Notes under the pieces: model-generated | The model's database searches: none | What the model was told of the DNA's origin: nothing | What the model saw: the letters and a program-made list of their open reading frames with translations, nothing else | Source of the DNA: a virus | Lineage: Duplodnaviria > Caudoviricetes | Strand: one strand, 5' to 3' | Length of the DNA: 64,000 nucleotides | IMG/VR virus record: IMGVR_UViG_3300013121_000017 | Location: 64,001 to 128,000 of that record | Made by a program: the position numbers and the translations under genes | Part shown: in pieces, positions 28,813-38,186 of the stretch | Position numbering within the stretch: position 1 is the first letter of the stretch | Layout: every line of letters begins with the position of its first letter

Positions 28813-29711
28813 CCCATGATGATCGGGAGTTGACCGTCGCCGAAGCGGTCAATGAGACGTTGTTCCCACTTCTCCTTCTGGTCGTGTCCTTCCTGAAGGA
28901 GTGTGTCGCCGTCAAGTTGCACGCCGCCGTTCGGGCCGGGAGGGTTCTTGATCTTGCTGCGAATCCGTCCCAGCATGATCTTGGCGAAGCACAACGCCCC
29001 TTCCTTCATGGCGTGAGATACACGTCCCCAGTCCTTGTGCTTCTGAATGTAGTGGACCGCGACCTTGTGAACCCGGTAAGGCGACGGGTAAATCTTGATG
29101 TGTTGGTAGTCACTGAGCCATTCCCAACCACCAAGGTTGGATGCGATGCGTGAGTACATTTGCTCATACTGCTTGTACAACACCCATTCACCCATGCGAC
29201 CCCAGATTGGCTGAATCGGGTCGATCATACCACCCTGGATTGAGGCATACGCACCACCTGGGTAGAAGTATTCGACCGGGATCGCACCACCCAGGTCTGA
29301 GGCAGCAAAGGCAAACGTGCCAGTTTCCTTGTATCGCACCTCTCTGATATAGCCAATCTCTGGCGGCAGTTTGTAAACACTCTGCCCTGGTGTTGTGTTA
29401 AATACGAACCACTCGAAGTATTCTCGGGGTGCGTACTCCTCGAACACAGCGAGTGCCTCGTCCACGGCAATGTCAAGTTGTTGGTCGTCCAGTTCGATGA
29501 GGACGGTTGGCGCACCGAGCATAGCTAGGACGTAGTCCTTGATCTGCCCGATGACCTTGGAACGGTTACGTCGCGGCCCCAACTGCCTGATGTCGAGCGG
29601 GTCGGCAACGCCGGGGCCACCGCCGCCACAGGACGTAGGAGAGCAAATCCCGCCCTGTGTATAAGAGGGGCGAGGAAGGACGATCTGGTTGTTGCTGCAA
29701 TTTGATCCCAT
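28809..29711 (-). CDS. neck protein, T4 gp13-like head-tail adaptor
   Basis: LGAPTVLIELDDQQL..AVDEAL and PGPNGGVQLDG..L..EG motifs; start MGSNC after a TATATA box. Confidence 0.8.
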   Translation of the reverse strand: MGSNCSNNQIVLPRPSYTQGGICSPTSCGGGGPGVADPLDIRQLGPRRNRSKVIGQIKDYVLAMLGAPTVLIELDDQQLDIAVDEALAVFEEYAPREYFEWFVFNTTPGQSVYKLPPEIGYIREVRYKETGTFAFAASDLGGAIPVEYFYPGGAYASIQGGMIDPIQPIWGRMGEWVLYKQYEQMYSRIASNLGGWEWLSDYQHIKIYPSPYRVHKVAVHYIQKHKDWGRVSHAMKEGALCFAKIMLGRIRSKIKNPPGPNGGVQLDGDTLLQEGHDQKEKWEQRLIDRFGDGQLPIIMG

Positions 29712-29718
29712 ATCGAGG

Positions 29719-29724
29719 TATATA
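29719..29724. promoter_or_regulatory. bidirectional late-promoter-like TATATA box
   Basis: Lies in a 21-nt gap, 7 and 8 nt from the divergent ATGs at 29711 and 29733. Confidence 0.6.
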
Positions 29725-29732
29725 GCTTGGCC

Positions 29733-32429
29733 ATGAACAAGAGCTTCGCCGGATTCTTCAACGAGCGGTATTACATGCAAGACCACGCCTACAGGCGATT
29801 CAGCCTGTTGCGTGAGTGGAAGCCATTCCACATCTACAAGCGACCGATCACGTTCGACAAGGACGACATCAAGTTTCTGCACCAGTTCCCACGCAAGTTC
29901 TGGCTCCAGGCGATGGTAAAGCGTTACCGGCACGATCTCTACGAAGCCTTGAAGGACCGACACGACCGCCGCCAGCCGCTCTACGACCAGAAGCACAAGG
30001 AAATCCTCCCAGGCTTGATCGAACAGTTCCGTGGAAGGAAAAACGGTGAAAAACTGGCCCGCCGCAAGGCAGTGCTGGACGCGGAAGAGTACGCAGCCAC
30101 TCACGGCGACGGACAAATCCAATACCCCGAGACAAAGGTCTACACCTTCAAGGGGGCCGGCAAAGGCAAGCCCGTCAGCATTCGTGCCAAGCCGTACATG
30201 AAGGAGTTGGTCTACAAGCTGGAGGGGGATTTCGGCGACCCCAGCGGATTCGATCTTTCGCATCCGCGCGGGACGGGCGATCACATGTCCACCCGTGGAT
30301 TCAACTTCCCGACCCAAGACGCACTTCGCGAAATGCTGAGTGACTGGATGAACTACATCGGTCACCACATGCTCGGAGAACTCCCTGGCGAGGATGAACA
30401 AACTCGCTGGCGGGCCGATTCTACCGGCGGCTCGGGCAAGTCGAAGTTCGAGGACACATTCACCGTCAACCGTCTGAAAGAAGACCGTTACAACTACTGG
30501 TACGACCGGATTCCAACGGAAGAAAACGTCCTGAGACTGTGGCAGCAAGTGTTGCCCAACAAGAAACCCGGAGCGAACAGCGACGAAATCAGGAAGAACA
30601 ACAGCAAGCGGGAACAACTTGCCAGAGCATTGGCTGACCGCGATGTGAAGCAGATGGCTGCGGACGGCAAAATCCGCACGCCACCGACGCCTCACCACCC
30701 CGAAGGCCGCGTTGTCGGACTGGACGACGACGGAGAGATCAAGAGGCCCACCCTCTACCTTCCTCACAAAAAGGTGAAGATCAAGTACGTCGGCGAAGAC
30801 GGTGATGAAGAGGAATCGGAAGAAGAGGTTCCCCACTTGCTGCCGGGCGATTTCCTTCGCAAGCTTTCGCCATCTGAAGCAGAAAGTCTTCCAGACGAAG
30901 CAAAGCGTGGTCGTCACTGGAACCACGACTCTCAACGTTTTGAGGGCGGATACATTCCAGTTGCGGACCACCCCGCTCCCGGTGCGCAAGGTACTGGCCA
31001 CATCCTGGCTGGTGCGATTGCTCCAAACCACAACACAACGGGTCGGAGATTCTTGGACCCGAGCGACGACAAATACGACGCACGACTGGAACAACTGAAT
31101 CAGCAGATCGGCATGCGTTCGGATGGACAGTCGTCAGAAATCTACGACGCCATACAGGCGGCTCTCGAATCCAGCAACGTCGGCGGCATGGGAAACCATG
31201 AACGTCAGGTGTTGTCGTTGATGCGACGTGACCTTCACAACCTCGCCTACATGCTCTTGATAGAGAATCTGGATGAGGACGACAGACGCATCTTCAGCCC
31301 GGAGTGGCGTCGGAGAAAGATCCGCGACATGGTCGCCAAGTACGGCCAACAGGACTGGGGTCAGGGAACACGTCGTCTTCGCGGCTCGAAGAAAACCGTC
31401 AGCACCGATGAAGATTCGACCAACGAAGAAGGCGAGCCAACCTCGCTCGGCGAGAAACTCGGCGACCAGTTGATCCGTGCCAAGGCTGAAGCTCTCAAAC
31501 TACGCGACAGCGGCATGTGCAAGATCGCGCCCGGCGGAAAAAAGTTGAGGACCGGCGAATGTCAATTCGAGTACGACCTGCGTCAACTGCACGACATCCT
31601 TGATGACGCGGACAAAGACGCAGCCGAGGCCGATGCGAACATTGAGCGTGGTGAAGACGCTATTGACGGCGACACGATGGGCGACGGCGTTCAGAGCAAG
31701 CTGGATGCGACCTACCGTGCATTCATGGTTTTGAAGTCCCAGTACCAGAACATGGGCGAGCATGAGCCACAGGCCGAGAAATTGGCTATGCAGGCACTGC
31801 AAGAAATTACCCATGATGACCCGGACGCCAAGAAGATCATCTCCAGGGTTCGCTACCGTGTTGACAGGCTCGCCAAGGAAGCAGGCGTAGACACAGAGAA
31901 AGCCAAGATCCAGCCGGTTGACAAAGGTGCGGCAGTTGTTCAAGACGAAGCGGCGGTAAGGCAAGCTGCGGCCAACCTTACCAATGTTGAACAGGTTTTG
32001 CAAGGCTTGCTGGACCAGGGACAAGTCGAAAGGTATCTGGCTCGGGTGAACCAGCCATCCTTCACTGCATCGCTGACACAGTTGATGGAAAAATATCCGA
32101 CCTTGAAGTCACGCTACCAACGCCTGCTTCAACAGGTCGCCGACGTGAAACGTCAGCGGGCCACGCCCGTACCGGCGATACCGGCTGATGCTGGAGCGAA
32201 GCAAGCTGCGGCGATGAGTAACCGAATGGGTCTGAAGCAGATGCTGTTGGACGACAGACTAGATCTAATTCCATTCAACGCCCAGTTCCGTCGTCTGTAT
32301 GGCGAGGGAGCCGTCTCACGCAAAAAGTTGCAGGAGATGCTGGGACGGCTGAAGGAACGACAGGGCGGACTGTTCGCCATGCCGGGTGACAAACGAGCCA
32401 TCGAGGCTTTTGAAGAACTGCTACGATAG
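29733..32429 (+). CDS. large hypothetical protein (CTS-like leader, sigma-like segment)
   Basis: 898 aa; MNKSFAGFFNE; strong coding bias. Confidence 0.8.
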   Translation: MNKSFAGFFNERYYMQDHAYRRFSLLREWKPFHIYKRPITFDKDDIKFLHQFPRKFWLQAMVKRYRHDLYEALKDRHDRRQPLYDQKHKEILPGLIEQFRGRKNGEKLARRKAVLDAEEYAATHGDGQIQYPETKVYTFKGAGKGKPVSIRAKPYMKELVYKLEGDFGDPSGFDLSHPRGTGDHMSTRGFNFPTQDALREMLSDWMNYIGHHMLGELPGEDEQTRWRADSTGGSGKSKFEDTFTVNRLKEDRYNYWYDRIPTEENVLRLWQQVLPNKKPGANSDEIRKNNSKREQLARALADRDVKQMAADGKIRTPPTPHHPEGRVVGLDDDGEIKRPTLYLPHKKVKIKYVGEDGDEEESEEEVPHLLPGDFLRKLSPSEAESLPDEAKRGRHWNHDSQRFEGGYIPVADHPAPGAQGTGHILAGAIAPNHNTTGRRFLDPSDDKYDARLEQLNQQIGMRSDGQSSEIYDAIQAALESSNVGGMGNHERQVLSLMRRDLHNLAYMLLIENLDEDDRRIFSPEWRRRKIRDMVAKYGQQDWGQGTRRLRGSKKTVSTDEDSTNEEGEPTSLGEKLGDQLIRAKAEALKLRDSGMCKIAPGGKKLRTGECQFEYDLRQLHDILDDADKDAAEADANIERGEDAIDGDTMGDGVQSKLDATYRAFMVLKSQYQNMGEHEPQAEKLAMQALQEITHDDPDAKKIISRVRYRVDRLAKEAGVDTEKAKIQPVDKGAAVVQDEAAVRQAAANLTNVEQVLQGLLDQGQVERYLARVNQPSFTASLTQLMEKYPTLKSRYQRLLQQVADVKRQRATPVPAIPADAGAKQAAAMSNRMGLKQMLLDDRLDLIPFNAQFRRLYGEGAVSRKKLQEMLGRLKERQGGLFAMPGDKRAIEAFEELLR

Positions 32430-32436
32430 GAGACTA

Positions 32437-32928
32437 ATGAAAGTTCAATCCTTCAAGGAATGGCTGATACGGCGTCAATACCCAGAGATGGTCGGCACAG
32501 GTGCGATCTACGATGGAACCAAAGGCAAGGACTTCCAGTGGTGGGGTGCGCCTGAGTCGGAAATCAAGCCGAAGAAGCGGAAGAAGAAGCACAAGAAGAA
32601 CGAGAGCTTCGGCGATTCTTTCAGTCGCGCCCAGTGGGCCTATGACAACCAGACACCATACGACGACGAAACCGACTGTCCAGAGTGCGGCGGCGAAGGC
32701 ATTGTTGAGTGTGAGGACTGTGCCAAAGGCAAGGTGTCCTGTGATTGCATGGGCAAAGACCCGCAGTGCGAATACTGTGGAGGAACCGGCTCTATGGCCT
32801 GCGAGGAGTGCGGCGGCAAAGGCGAGAAGGAATGCCGAGAGTGTGAGGGATCAGGCGTCGTGAGCCGTTCACATGCGAAGGGCTATCACGACGACCGCCG
32901 CGATTGGGATGATGACGACCGTTACTAA
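32437..32928 (+). CDS. DnaJ-type Cys-rich zinc-finger protein (CTS-like leader, no J domain)
   Basis: AGGAG RBS; MKVQSFKEWL; repeated CxxCxGxG. Confidence 0.8.
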   Translation: MKVQSFKEWLIRRQYPEMVGTGAIYDGTKGKDFQWWGAPESEIKPKKRKKKHKKNESFGDSFSRAQWAYDNQTPYDDETDCPECGGEGIVECEDCAKGKVSCDCMGKDPQCEYCGGTGSMACEECGGKGEKECRECEGSGVVSRSHAKGYHDDRRDWDDDDRY

Positions 32929-32936
32929 GGTATAGC

Positions 32937-33221
32937 ATGAGCAACTGGATGGACGCGATCTCCAACCCAAAGGGTACGGTGATCAGAAACTACATGCTAC
33001 AGATCTTGGGCCAAGAGAAATTCCTGAAGCATCAGGCATTCATCGACCGGCTCGGGGCAGTTTTGCCTACGTCGGCTGATGTCCAAGAGCTTGGACAGAT
33101 CGTCGTTGCGGTGTACGAACAAGGCTATTTCAAGGCTCTGAACGATTACCGTGAACAGTTCAAAAAACTGGGTTATGACGTGAGCGTCAAACACGAAACT
33201 GTGGCTGAAAATCAGAAATAG
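32937..33221 (+). CDS. hypothetical protein
   Basis: 94-aa ORF in operon. Confidence 0.65.
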   Translation: MSNWMDAISNPKGTVIRNYMLQILGQEKFLKHQAFIDRLGAVLPTSADVQELGQIVVAVYEQGYFKALNDYREQFKKLGYDVSVKHETVAENQK

Positions 33222-33807
33222 TGGTATTGACCATCCAGCCCTGCATGTTCGGCTCGATACCAACAACTCTCCACCACCGTTTGTCTCTGTTTTGAGGAAA
33301 GATAACTGAGTGCTTCGTAACCTTGTCTGTCGGACTCCAGATACTCAGTGACAAGTCGTCGCCATAGACGATGACGCCCTCAAAGACGAACGGATCATCA
33401 TAGACGACCTGTGGGCGTGACTCGCCGTACAGGTCGTCAATGTTTTTGGACATCCTGCCTGGAAGGCAGAGGACAGTGCATTTGTTTGGCGAGTTTTTGA
33501 GCATCGAAGCGATGCTCGGAGGAGTTTCCTTGACCGGAACTTCAGCGATGGGCGGCACAACCACTGGTTCTTCGATTTTGGACGGTTGAATTTTGCTTTC
33601 CGCTTCCTTGGTCAGGTCTGCTAACTCTTCTACAAAGCCGAGACGAACTGGGACGACGGCAGTCTCTGCCGGGCCGTTGTCGGCGACGGTTACACCCCTG
33701 AAAACGAAATTGTGAAGCACGAAGTCATTCCACATCTGCTGTCCACGCATAAAAGGGATAGGTCCACGAAGCCGGAAAGGCGTACCATCTCTGTTTTTCA
33801 GTGCCAT
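33187..33807 (-). CDS. hypothetical, probably virion-related protein
   Basis: MALKNRDGTPFRLRG; TATATA 4 nt upstream. Confidence 0.65.
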   Translation of the reverse strand: MALKNRDGTPFRLRGPIPFMRGQQMWNDFVLHNFVFRGVTVADNGPAETAVVPVRLGFVEELADLTKEAESKIQPSKIEEPVVVPPIAEVPVKETPPSIASMLKNSPNKCTVLCLPGRMSKNIDDLYGESRPQVVYDDPFVFEGVIVYGDDLSLSIWSPTDKVTKHSVIFPQNRDKRWWRVVGIEPNMQGWMVNTTISDFQPQFRV

Positions 33808-33873
33808 GCCGTATATACCCAGAGCGTCCCGCATAGCTAATACAGTCGGTCCTCGAACGGACAAGGGAGATAA

Positions 33874-34275
33874 ATGTCACTAACCGTGCCGAATACCGCA
33901 GAAATCATCATGCTCCAGTACATCATGGGACTCACGTCCCCTGGAGATAAGATTCTGCACCTTTACAAGAACGATCCGTCTATCTCGGACGCCACGACAC
34001 TCGGCAGCTTGACCGAGTCCACCGAGGCAGGATACGCACCAATCACGCTGTACTCGATCAGTTGGACCATTTCGCAAGACATGGCCGGCGTGACAACCGC
34101 ACTTTACAGTGAAATGCCATTCAACTTCACGACGGGAGCCACGGTCTACGGCTACTACGTCACCAGTGCAGTCGGCGGCAACCTCTTGTGGGTTGAAAGA
34201 TTCAGCGGTGCGCCATACCAGTTGCCGGCAGGCGGCGGGCAGATCGCGGTCCAGGCCAAATCGACCCTCGACTAA
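33874..34275 (+). CDS. putative virion structural protein
   Basis: GGAG RBS; LHLYKND...YGYYV...LLWVERF, beta-rich. Confidence 0.6.
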   Translation: MSLTVPNTAEIIMLQYIMGLTSPGDKILHLYKNDPSISDATTLGSLTESTEAGYAPITLYSISWTISQDMAGVTTALYSEMPFNFTTGATVYGYYVTSAVGGNLLWVERFSGAPYQLPAGGGQIAVQAKSTLD

Positions 34276-34333
34276 CCGAAATACACGGGCAGGCATTGTC
34301 GGCCCATTTCAACTGCGGGAAGGTATATAAAGC

Positions 34334-35569
34334 ATGATCACTTTCATGGAATGGGTTGTACTGACCGAAGCGTGGACGAGGGCATTTGCACCAGTCCTCA
34401 TGGAGGGCAAGAGAGGCAGCCCCGTTGACTACCACAACTACGCGAAGATGTTCACGACCTTCGTCATGGACGCCATCGAGAAAGGGAACTACCCTGGTCC
34501 CCTGAAGGATGCCGCCGCTCAGTTGAGGGACCAGCTTCGCGACAAGCATGCAGAAACCGAATTGTCTGCATCCGTTTTGGGCGGCAAGATGCGTGGTCGG
34601 CTGTCGAAAATCAGCCCGAACGACCAAGAAGAAGTCATCATGACAGCCGCCAAGAACTACTGGCAAGTTCTGCCGAAAGTCCTCGGCGACTGGAACAAGC
34701 TCAACGACGATGTTATCACCCCTGAAGACCTAGCTGGACGTATCTCGGGTTCCATCCAAGATTATGTCGGGTACGCAGTGAAGGATCACTTCAGGAGATT
34801 CTCCCGCAAGAGCTACAAACACCACGGCACGCCCCTGAGCGACGTTGGCGATGACGACGGTCGCAGGCCAGAAGCGTCCTACGAGGACGGCGAAGAAGCA
34901 TCACGTCCGGCCCTCGGCATGACAAGAGGAATCTGGAACAACGCCATCCACATCGTCATGACGGCGCAGGAAAATCTAACCTCGCAGATCAAAGAGATTC
35001 AAAAGGCAAGAGCAGAGAAGAGATCAAGGCAGGAAACAACCCAGCTTGAAAGCCGTGTTGAACACCTAGCAACTGCATTGGCCATCATGCGTAACATGCC
35101 ATCCCAAATGGGCAAGCAGTTGGGTATGCAGGGCGAAGAGGGCGACAACCTGATCTACGACAGACTTGCCTCAATGGTCAAAGATGCAGAATCAGACATG
35201 CACCCAAGTGACCGAGCCTTGTTGGGACACTGGGCCAACCAGAAGGGCGATGCCAACCACAAGTTCCGCAACCTCATCGCTACAGCAATCTGGATTGCCG
35301 CCGGCATGAAACCAGATTTGAAGCCGAAGAAGGCTCTGAAGGACGATCACTGGTTCTATGAACTGGCCCTCGATATTGAGGACAATGAAAACGATCCGGC
35401 GTCGGGCGTAACTTCGACCCCAGTCGATCCAACGCCAGCCAAAAGTCCGGTAAAGCCGGTGGTAGCCGCACCACAACAAGCCGAACCAGTAGTTGCAGCC
35501 CCAAGAAAGGCCGAACCGACCCCGGCACGCAAGTCGGTACAAAAGTCCCTGTTCGATGACATGGATTAA
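34334..35569 (+). CDS. hypothetical protein (CTS-like leader, sigma region 2-like segment)
   Basis: MITFMEWVVLTE; TATATA 4 nt upstream. Confidence 0.75.
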   Translation: MITFMEWVVLTEAWTRAFAPVLMEGKRGSPVDYHNYAKMFTTFVMDAIEKGNYPGPLKDAAAQLRDQLRDKHAETELSASVLGGKMRGRLSKISPNDQEEVIMTAAKNYWQVLPKVLGDWNKLNDDVITPEDLAGRISGSIQDYVGYAVKDHFRRFSRKSYKHHGTPLSDVGDDDGRRPEASYEDGEEASRPALGMTRGIWNNAIHIVMTAQENLTSQIKEIQKARAEKRSRQETTQLESRVEHLATALAIMRNMPSQMGKQLGMQGEEGDNLIYDRLASMVKDAESDMHPSDRALLGHWANQKGDANHKFRNLIATAIWIAAGMKPDLKPKKALKDDHWFYELALDIEDNENDPASGVTSTPVDPTPAKSPVKPVVAAPQQAEPVVAAPRKAEPTPARKSVQKSLFDDMD

Positions 35570-35577
35570 GGAGCTAC

Positions 35578-36114
35578 ATGCCGCTGTACAACAAGGATGG
35601 CACACCCTACCGCGTAACGGGGACACGGCAGCAGTTCAACGACCTCAGTCCTGATCTGCAACTCTTCGACCTGTGGGACCAAGAAGCTATTAGGATCGGC
35701 GGGACGCCGATTTATTACTACGAGGTCTTCGTTCCAGAACAAACGACGGACCCGTTGTATATCGAGAACCGTGGTAAGGTTTGGAGTACGTCGCCGGTGG
35801 AATTATGGGCGGTGTACGAGCCGGTTGCGTCAACGAACACGCAGACGGCGTTCGGGTATGACGCACCGGACGAAATGAAGTTTGAGTTGAACTACCGCGC
35901 CATGCTGGACGCAATCGGACACATGCCTGCGATTGGCAGTCGGATCAGGTCGCCTTTCCTGAAGGAAGACTGGGAACTGGTTCAGCGGAACCTGAACGAG
36001 TTCAAGATGTACAAGGCATTGAGGATTGAGTTCCTCTGCAAGAGATTCCAAGACGACGCCGTGGGCGGTCCCAGCATCTCTTCACAGAAAGACATCCAGT
36101 ACAAGATCGTGTGA
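35578..36114 (+). CDS. neck/head-closure protein, T4 gp14-like
   Basis: QEAIRIGG.PIYYY, DPLY.E, FG....DE..F. Confidence 0.72.
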   Translation: MPLYNKDGTPYRVTGTRQQFNDLSPDLQLFDLWDQEAIRIGGTPIYYYEVFVPEQTTDPLYIENRGKVWSTSPVELWAVYEPVASTNTQTAFGYDAPDEMKFELNYRAMLDAIGHMPAIGSRIRSPFLKEDWELVQRNLNEFKMYKALRIEFLCKRFQDDAVGGPSISSQKDIQYKIV

Positions 36115-36122
36115 GGAAACCA

Positions 36123-36455
36123 ATGAAGACATTTTTCCAGTTCTCCGAAAAAGCCAAGCAGCACGCCAGAAGGAAGATGCTGAATGAGGCCGGTGTGCCA
36201 ACGCCTGGACAGGCACAGCCTGACTACACAAAGTTCCAGGCAGCATGGAGTGAATTCGTGAAAGATCCGAACAACGCAGCCGTTGTGCAGGCGATGGGCA
36301 AGACAATGTTGTCTCAGATTCCAACCGAAATTCAAAAACTGGCTCAGGCAAAACCAGCAACGACACAACCACAGCAGACACAGCAGACACAGCAGACACA
36401 GCAGACACAGCAGACGCAGCAGGTACAGCCGACTACAGGCGTTCAACAAAAGTGA
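36123..36455 (+). CDS. Q/T-rich protein (CTS-like leader)
   Basis: MKTFFQFSE; QQT repeats. Confidence 0.7.
   Translation: MKTFFQFSEKAKQHARRKMLNEAGVPTPGQAQPDYTKFQAAWSEFVKDPNNAAVVQAMGKTMLSQIPTEIQKLAQAKPATTQPQQTQQTQQTQQTQQTQQVQPTTGVQQK
36372..36422 (+). repeat. 9-nt tandem repeat (cagcagaca)x5 plus partial copy
   Basis: Direct inspection; encodes QQT. Confidence 0.9.
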
Positions 36456-36460
36456 GGACC

Positions 36461-36955
36461 ATGAAGAGCTTCTTTCAGCTATCAGAACAGGTGAGGAAGC
36501 ACAAGCTTCGCAAACTTCGCGAAGCTGACGGTGACACCGCGCCTTCTGAGGCAGAACCGGCAAAGGCTGTTGCTACGCAGGCCAACCAGAACAACCAGAG
36601 CGATAACCAAGAACCCAAGCAAACAAACTTTGCCGAGATCCCCGACGTTGATTTGGTGATGGACTTCCAGAAAAAACTGGATTTGCTCGCCAAGGACAAG
36701 GCCAACGCAGCCGCATTAGTGAAGATGAAGGAGATCCCGTCTACCCAGGCATTTGCCACGGCATTCACGAATGCCCAGGCCGAGCTTCAAAAAGCGGTTG
36801 CGGCACTACAAGCAGAAGACAAAGAAGAAAAGAGTGGCAAGTCTGACAAGGATGCCGGCAGCAACACAGCAGGATCGGCAGCGTCTACGCCGCCGGCTCA
36901 ACCGCCGACATCACCGACGCCGACCCCAGGTCAGAGTCCGCCACCTCCAGGCTGA
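36461..36955 (+). CDS. low-complexity protein (CTS-like leader)
   Basis: MKSFFQLSE; leader paralogous to 36123. Confidence 0.7.
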   Translation: MKSFFQLSEQVRKHKLRKLREADGDTAPSEAEPAKAVATQANQNNQSDNQEPKQTNFAEIPDVDLVMDFQKKLDLLAKDKANAAALVKMKEIPSTQAFATAFTNAQAELQKAVAALQAEDKEEKSGKSDKDAGSNTAGSAASTPPAQPPTSPTPTPGQSPPPPG

Positions 36956-37051
36956 TAACAGCTTTGGTCGGAATCGGAACCGAATGAACTTTGGTTATTA
37001 GTTTCTTTGGTGGAACGCATTTGACTTTGGTCATCTGAACTTCAGCGACAT

Positions 37052-37079
37052 GGACCGGCTTTCGCCGGTCCTTTTTTTT
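37052..37079 (+). terminator. intrinsic terminator
   Basis: ggaccggc-tttc-gccggtcc followed by T8. Confidence 0.8.
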
Positions 37080-37165
37080 GATCTTACAGCCCTTCATCTT
37101 CAAGCCTCATCTCTGGCGGACTCATTTACAGGGCAAAACGCATTCGAGAGGAGTAGATACCTGCC

Positions 37166-38149
37166 ATGAACTTCCCCGACCCGAACCACTCTCAGCAGAG
37201 TCTGAACCCTTGTAATGATAAGGGACTGACGCCCGACGAGAATCGTGATCCGCCGGACAAGTATTGCGATCCAAATCAGCCCTCTTTACGTCATGTTCCA
37301 GGGCCGGCGGAAAGTTGGCTTGATGACGCGATGACCAAGAAGACTGGTCTTGGGTTCAACAAGTTGTGTGACCCTATGCAAACGGGTCAGATCGTCAAGG
37401 AAGAAGGCAAGACAAATCCCAACACACTTTACCGCTACTCGAAGGCGATGCGTTCGTGCGATGAGGCGGTGTTGGACTTGTTCCGCAACATCGTGGTGAT
37501 TGACGAAGACGGCATCGCACATCCGGTTCCCATCATGTGGGCGACTCAGGAGCGTGCAGTTGCCCATGTCATCCAAAGCAATGTTCGCAAGGATGAGACT
37601 AACGTTGTGGATCGAATCAAGCTTCCGATGTTGGCGATCTCCTCTACCGACTTCAGCTTCAACCAAGAGCGTTACACCTACCACCGTGCGGTGGACTGGC
37701 TGCGTGATGCTGGCAAGCCTGGATTCACGAACAGGGAAAAGTTTGAGAAAGACACTGTACTTGGCGTAAGTCGCGGCATTCCCGTCGATGTGGGCTACAC
37801 GCTCATCGCTTGGACAATGTACCTCGAAGACATGAACCAAATCCTCGAACAGGTGATCACAAAATTCAGCCCGGTCGCATACATATCCGTGCGTGGTGTC
37901 CGGTGGGAAACCATTGTGAAACTCGACGGCATCGCGAACAACTTGGAGACGGAACCTGGGGACAATCAGTTGAGAGTGGTCAAGTTCCAATTCAATTTGA
38001 CCGCAGAGACGTATATACCTCAACCGATTAGGCGGGAGAAAACGGTCCTGAAGATCAAGACCGAGTTCGTTGACGGGGTGACAGATGACAGTGTAACCCA
38101 AGTCATCGGACGGCTGGAAGAAGCCGTGAAAGAGCTTGAATGCGACTGA
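37166..38149 (+). CDS. tail terminator / sheath stabiliser, T4 gp15-like
   Basis: VPIMWA, LPMLAI, PVDVGYTL, DMNQILEQVITKFSP; upstream of the sheath. Confidence 0.78.
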   Translation: MNFPDPNHSQQSLNPCNDKGLTPDENRDPPDKYCDPNQPSLRHVPGPAESWLDDAMTKKTGLGFNKLCDPMQTGQIVKEEGKTNPNTLYRYSKAMRSCDEAVLDLFRNIVVIDEDGIAHPVPIMWATQERAVAHVIQSNVRKDETNVVDRIKLPMLAISSTDFSFNQERYTYHRAVDWLRDAGKPGFTNREKFEKDTVLGVSRGIPVDVGYTLIAWTMYLEDMNQILEQVITKFSPVAYISVRGVRWETIVKLDGIANNLETEPGDNQLRVVKFQFNLTAETYIPQPIRREKTVLKIKTEFVDGVTDDSVTQVIGRLEEAVKELECD

Positions 38150-38186
38150 CAAGGCTAACTAACCAGAGTCTTCTCACCAAGAGGAA

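Noticed and set aside
29712-31094. 461-aa N-terminal extension of the neck protein in the ORF track
   Set aside because: It is antisense to the 898-aa gene; recognisable neck sequence and a promoter box support a start at 29711
36885-37103. Minus-strand 72-aa Lys-rich ORF
   Set aside because: It overlaps a clear plus-strand terminator whose T-tract produces the Lys run; insufficient support
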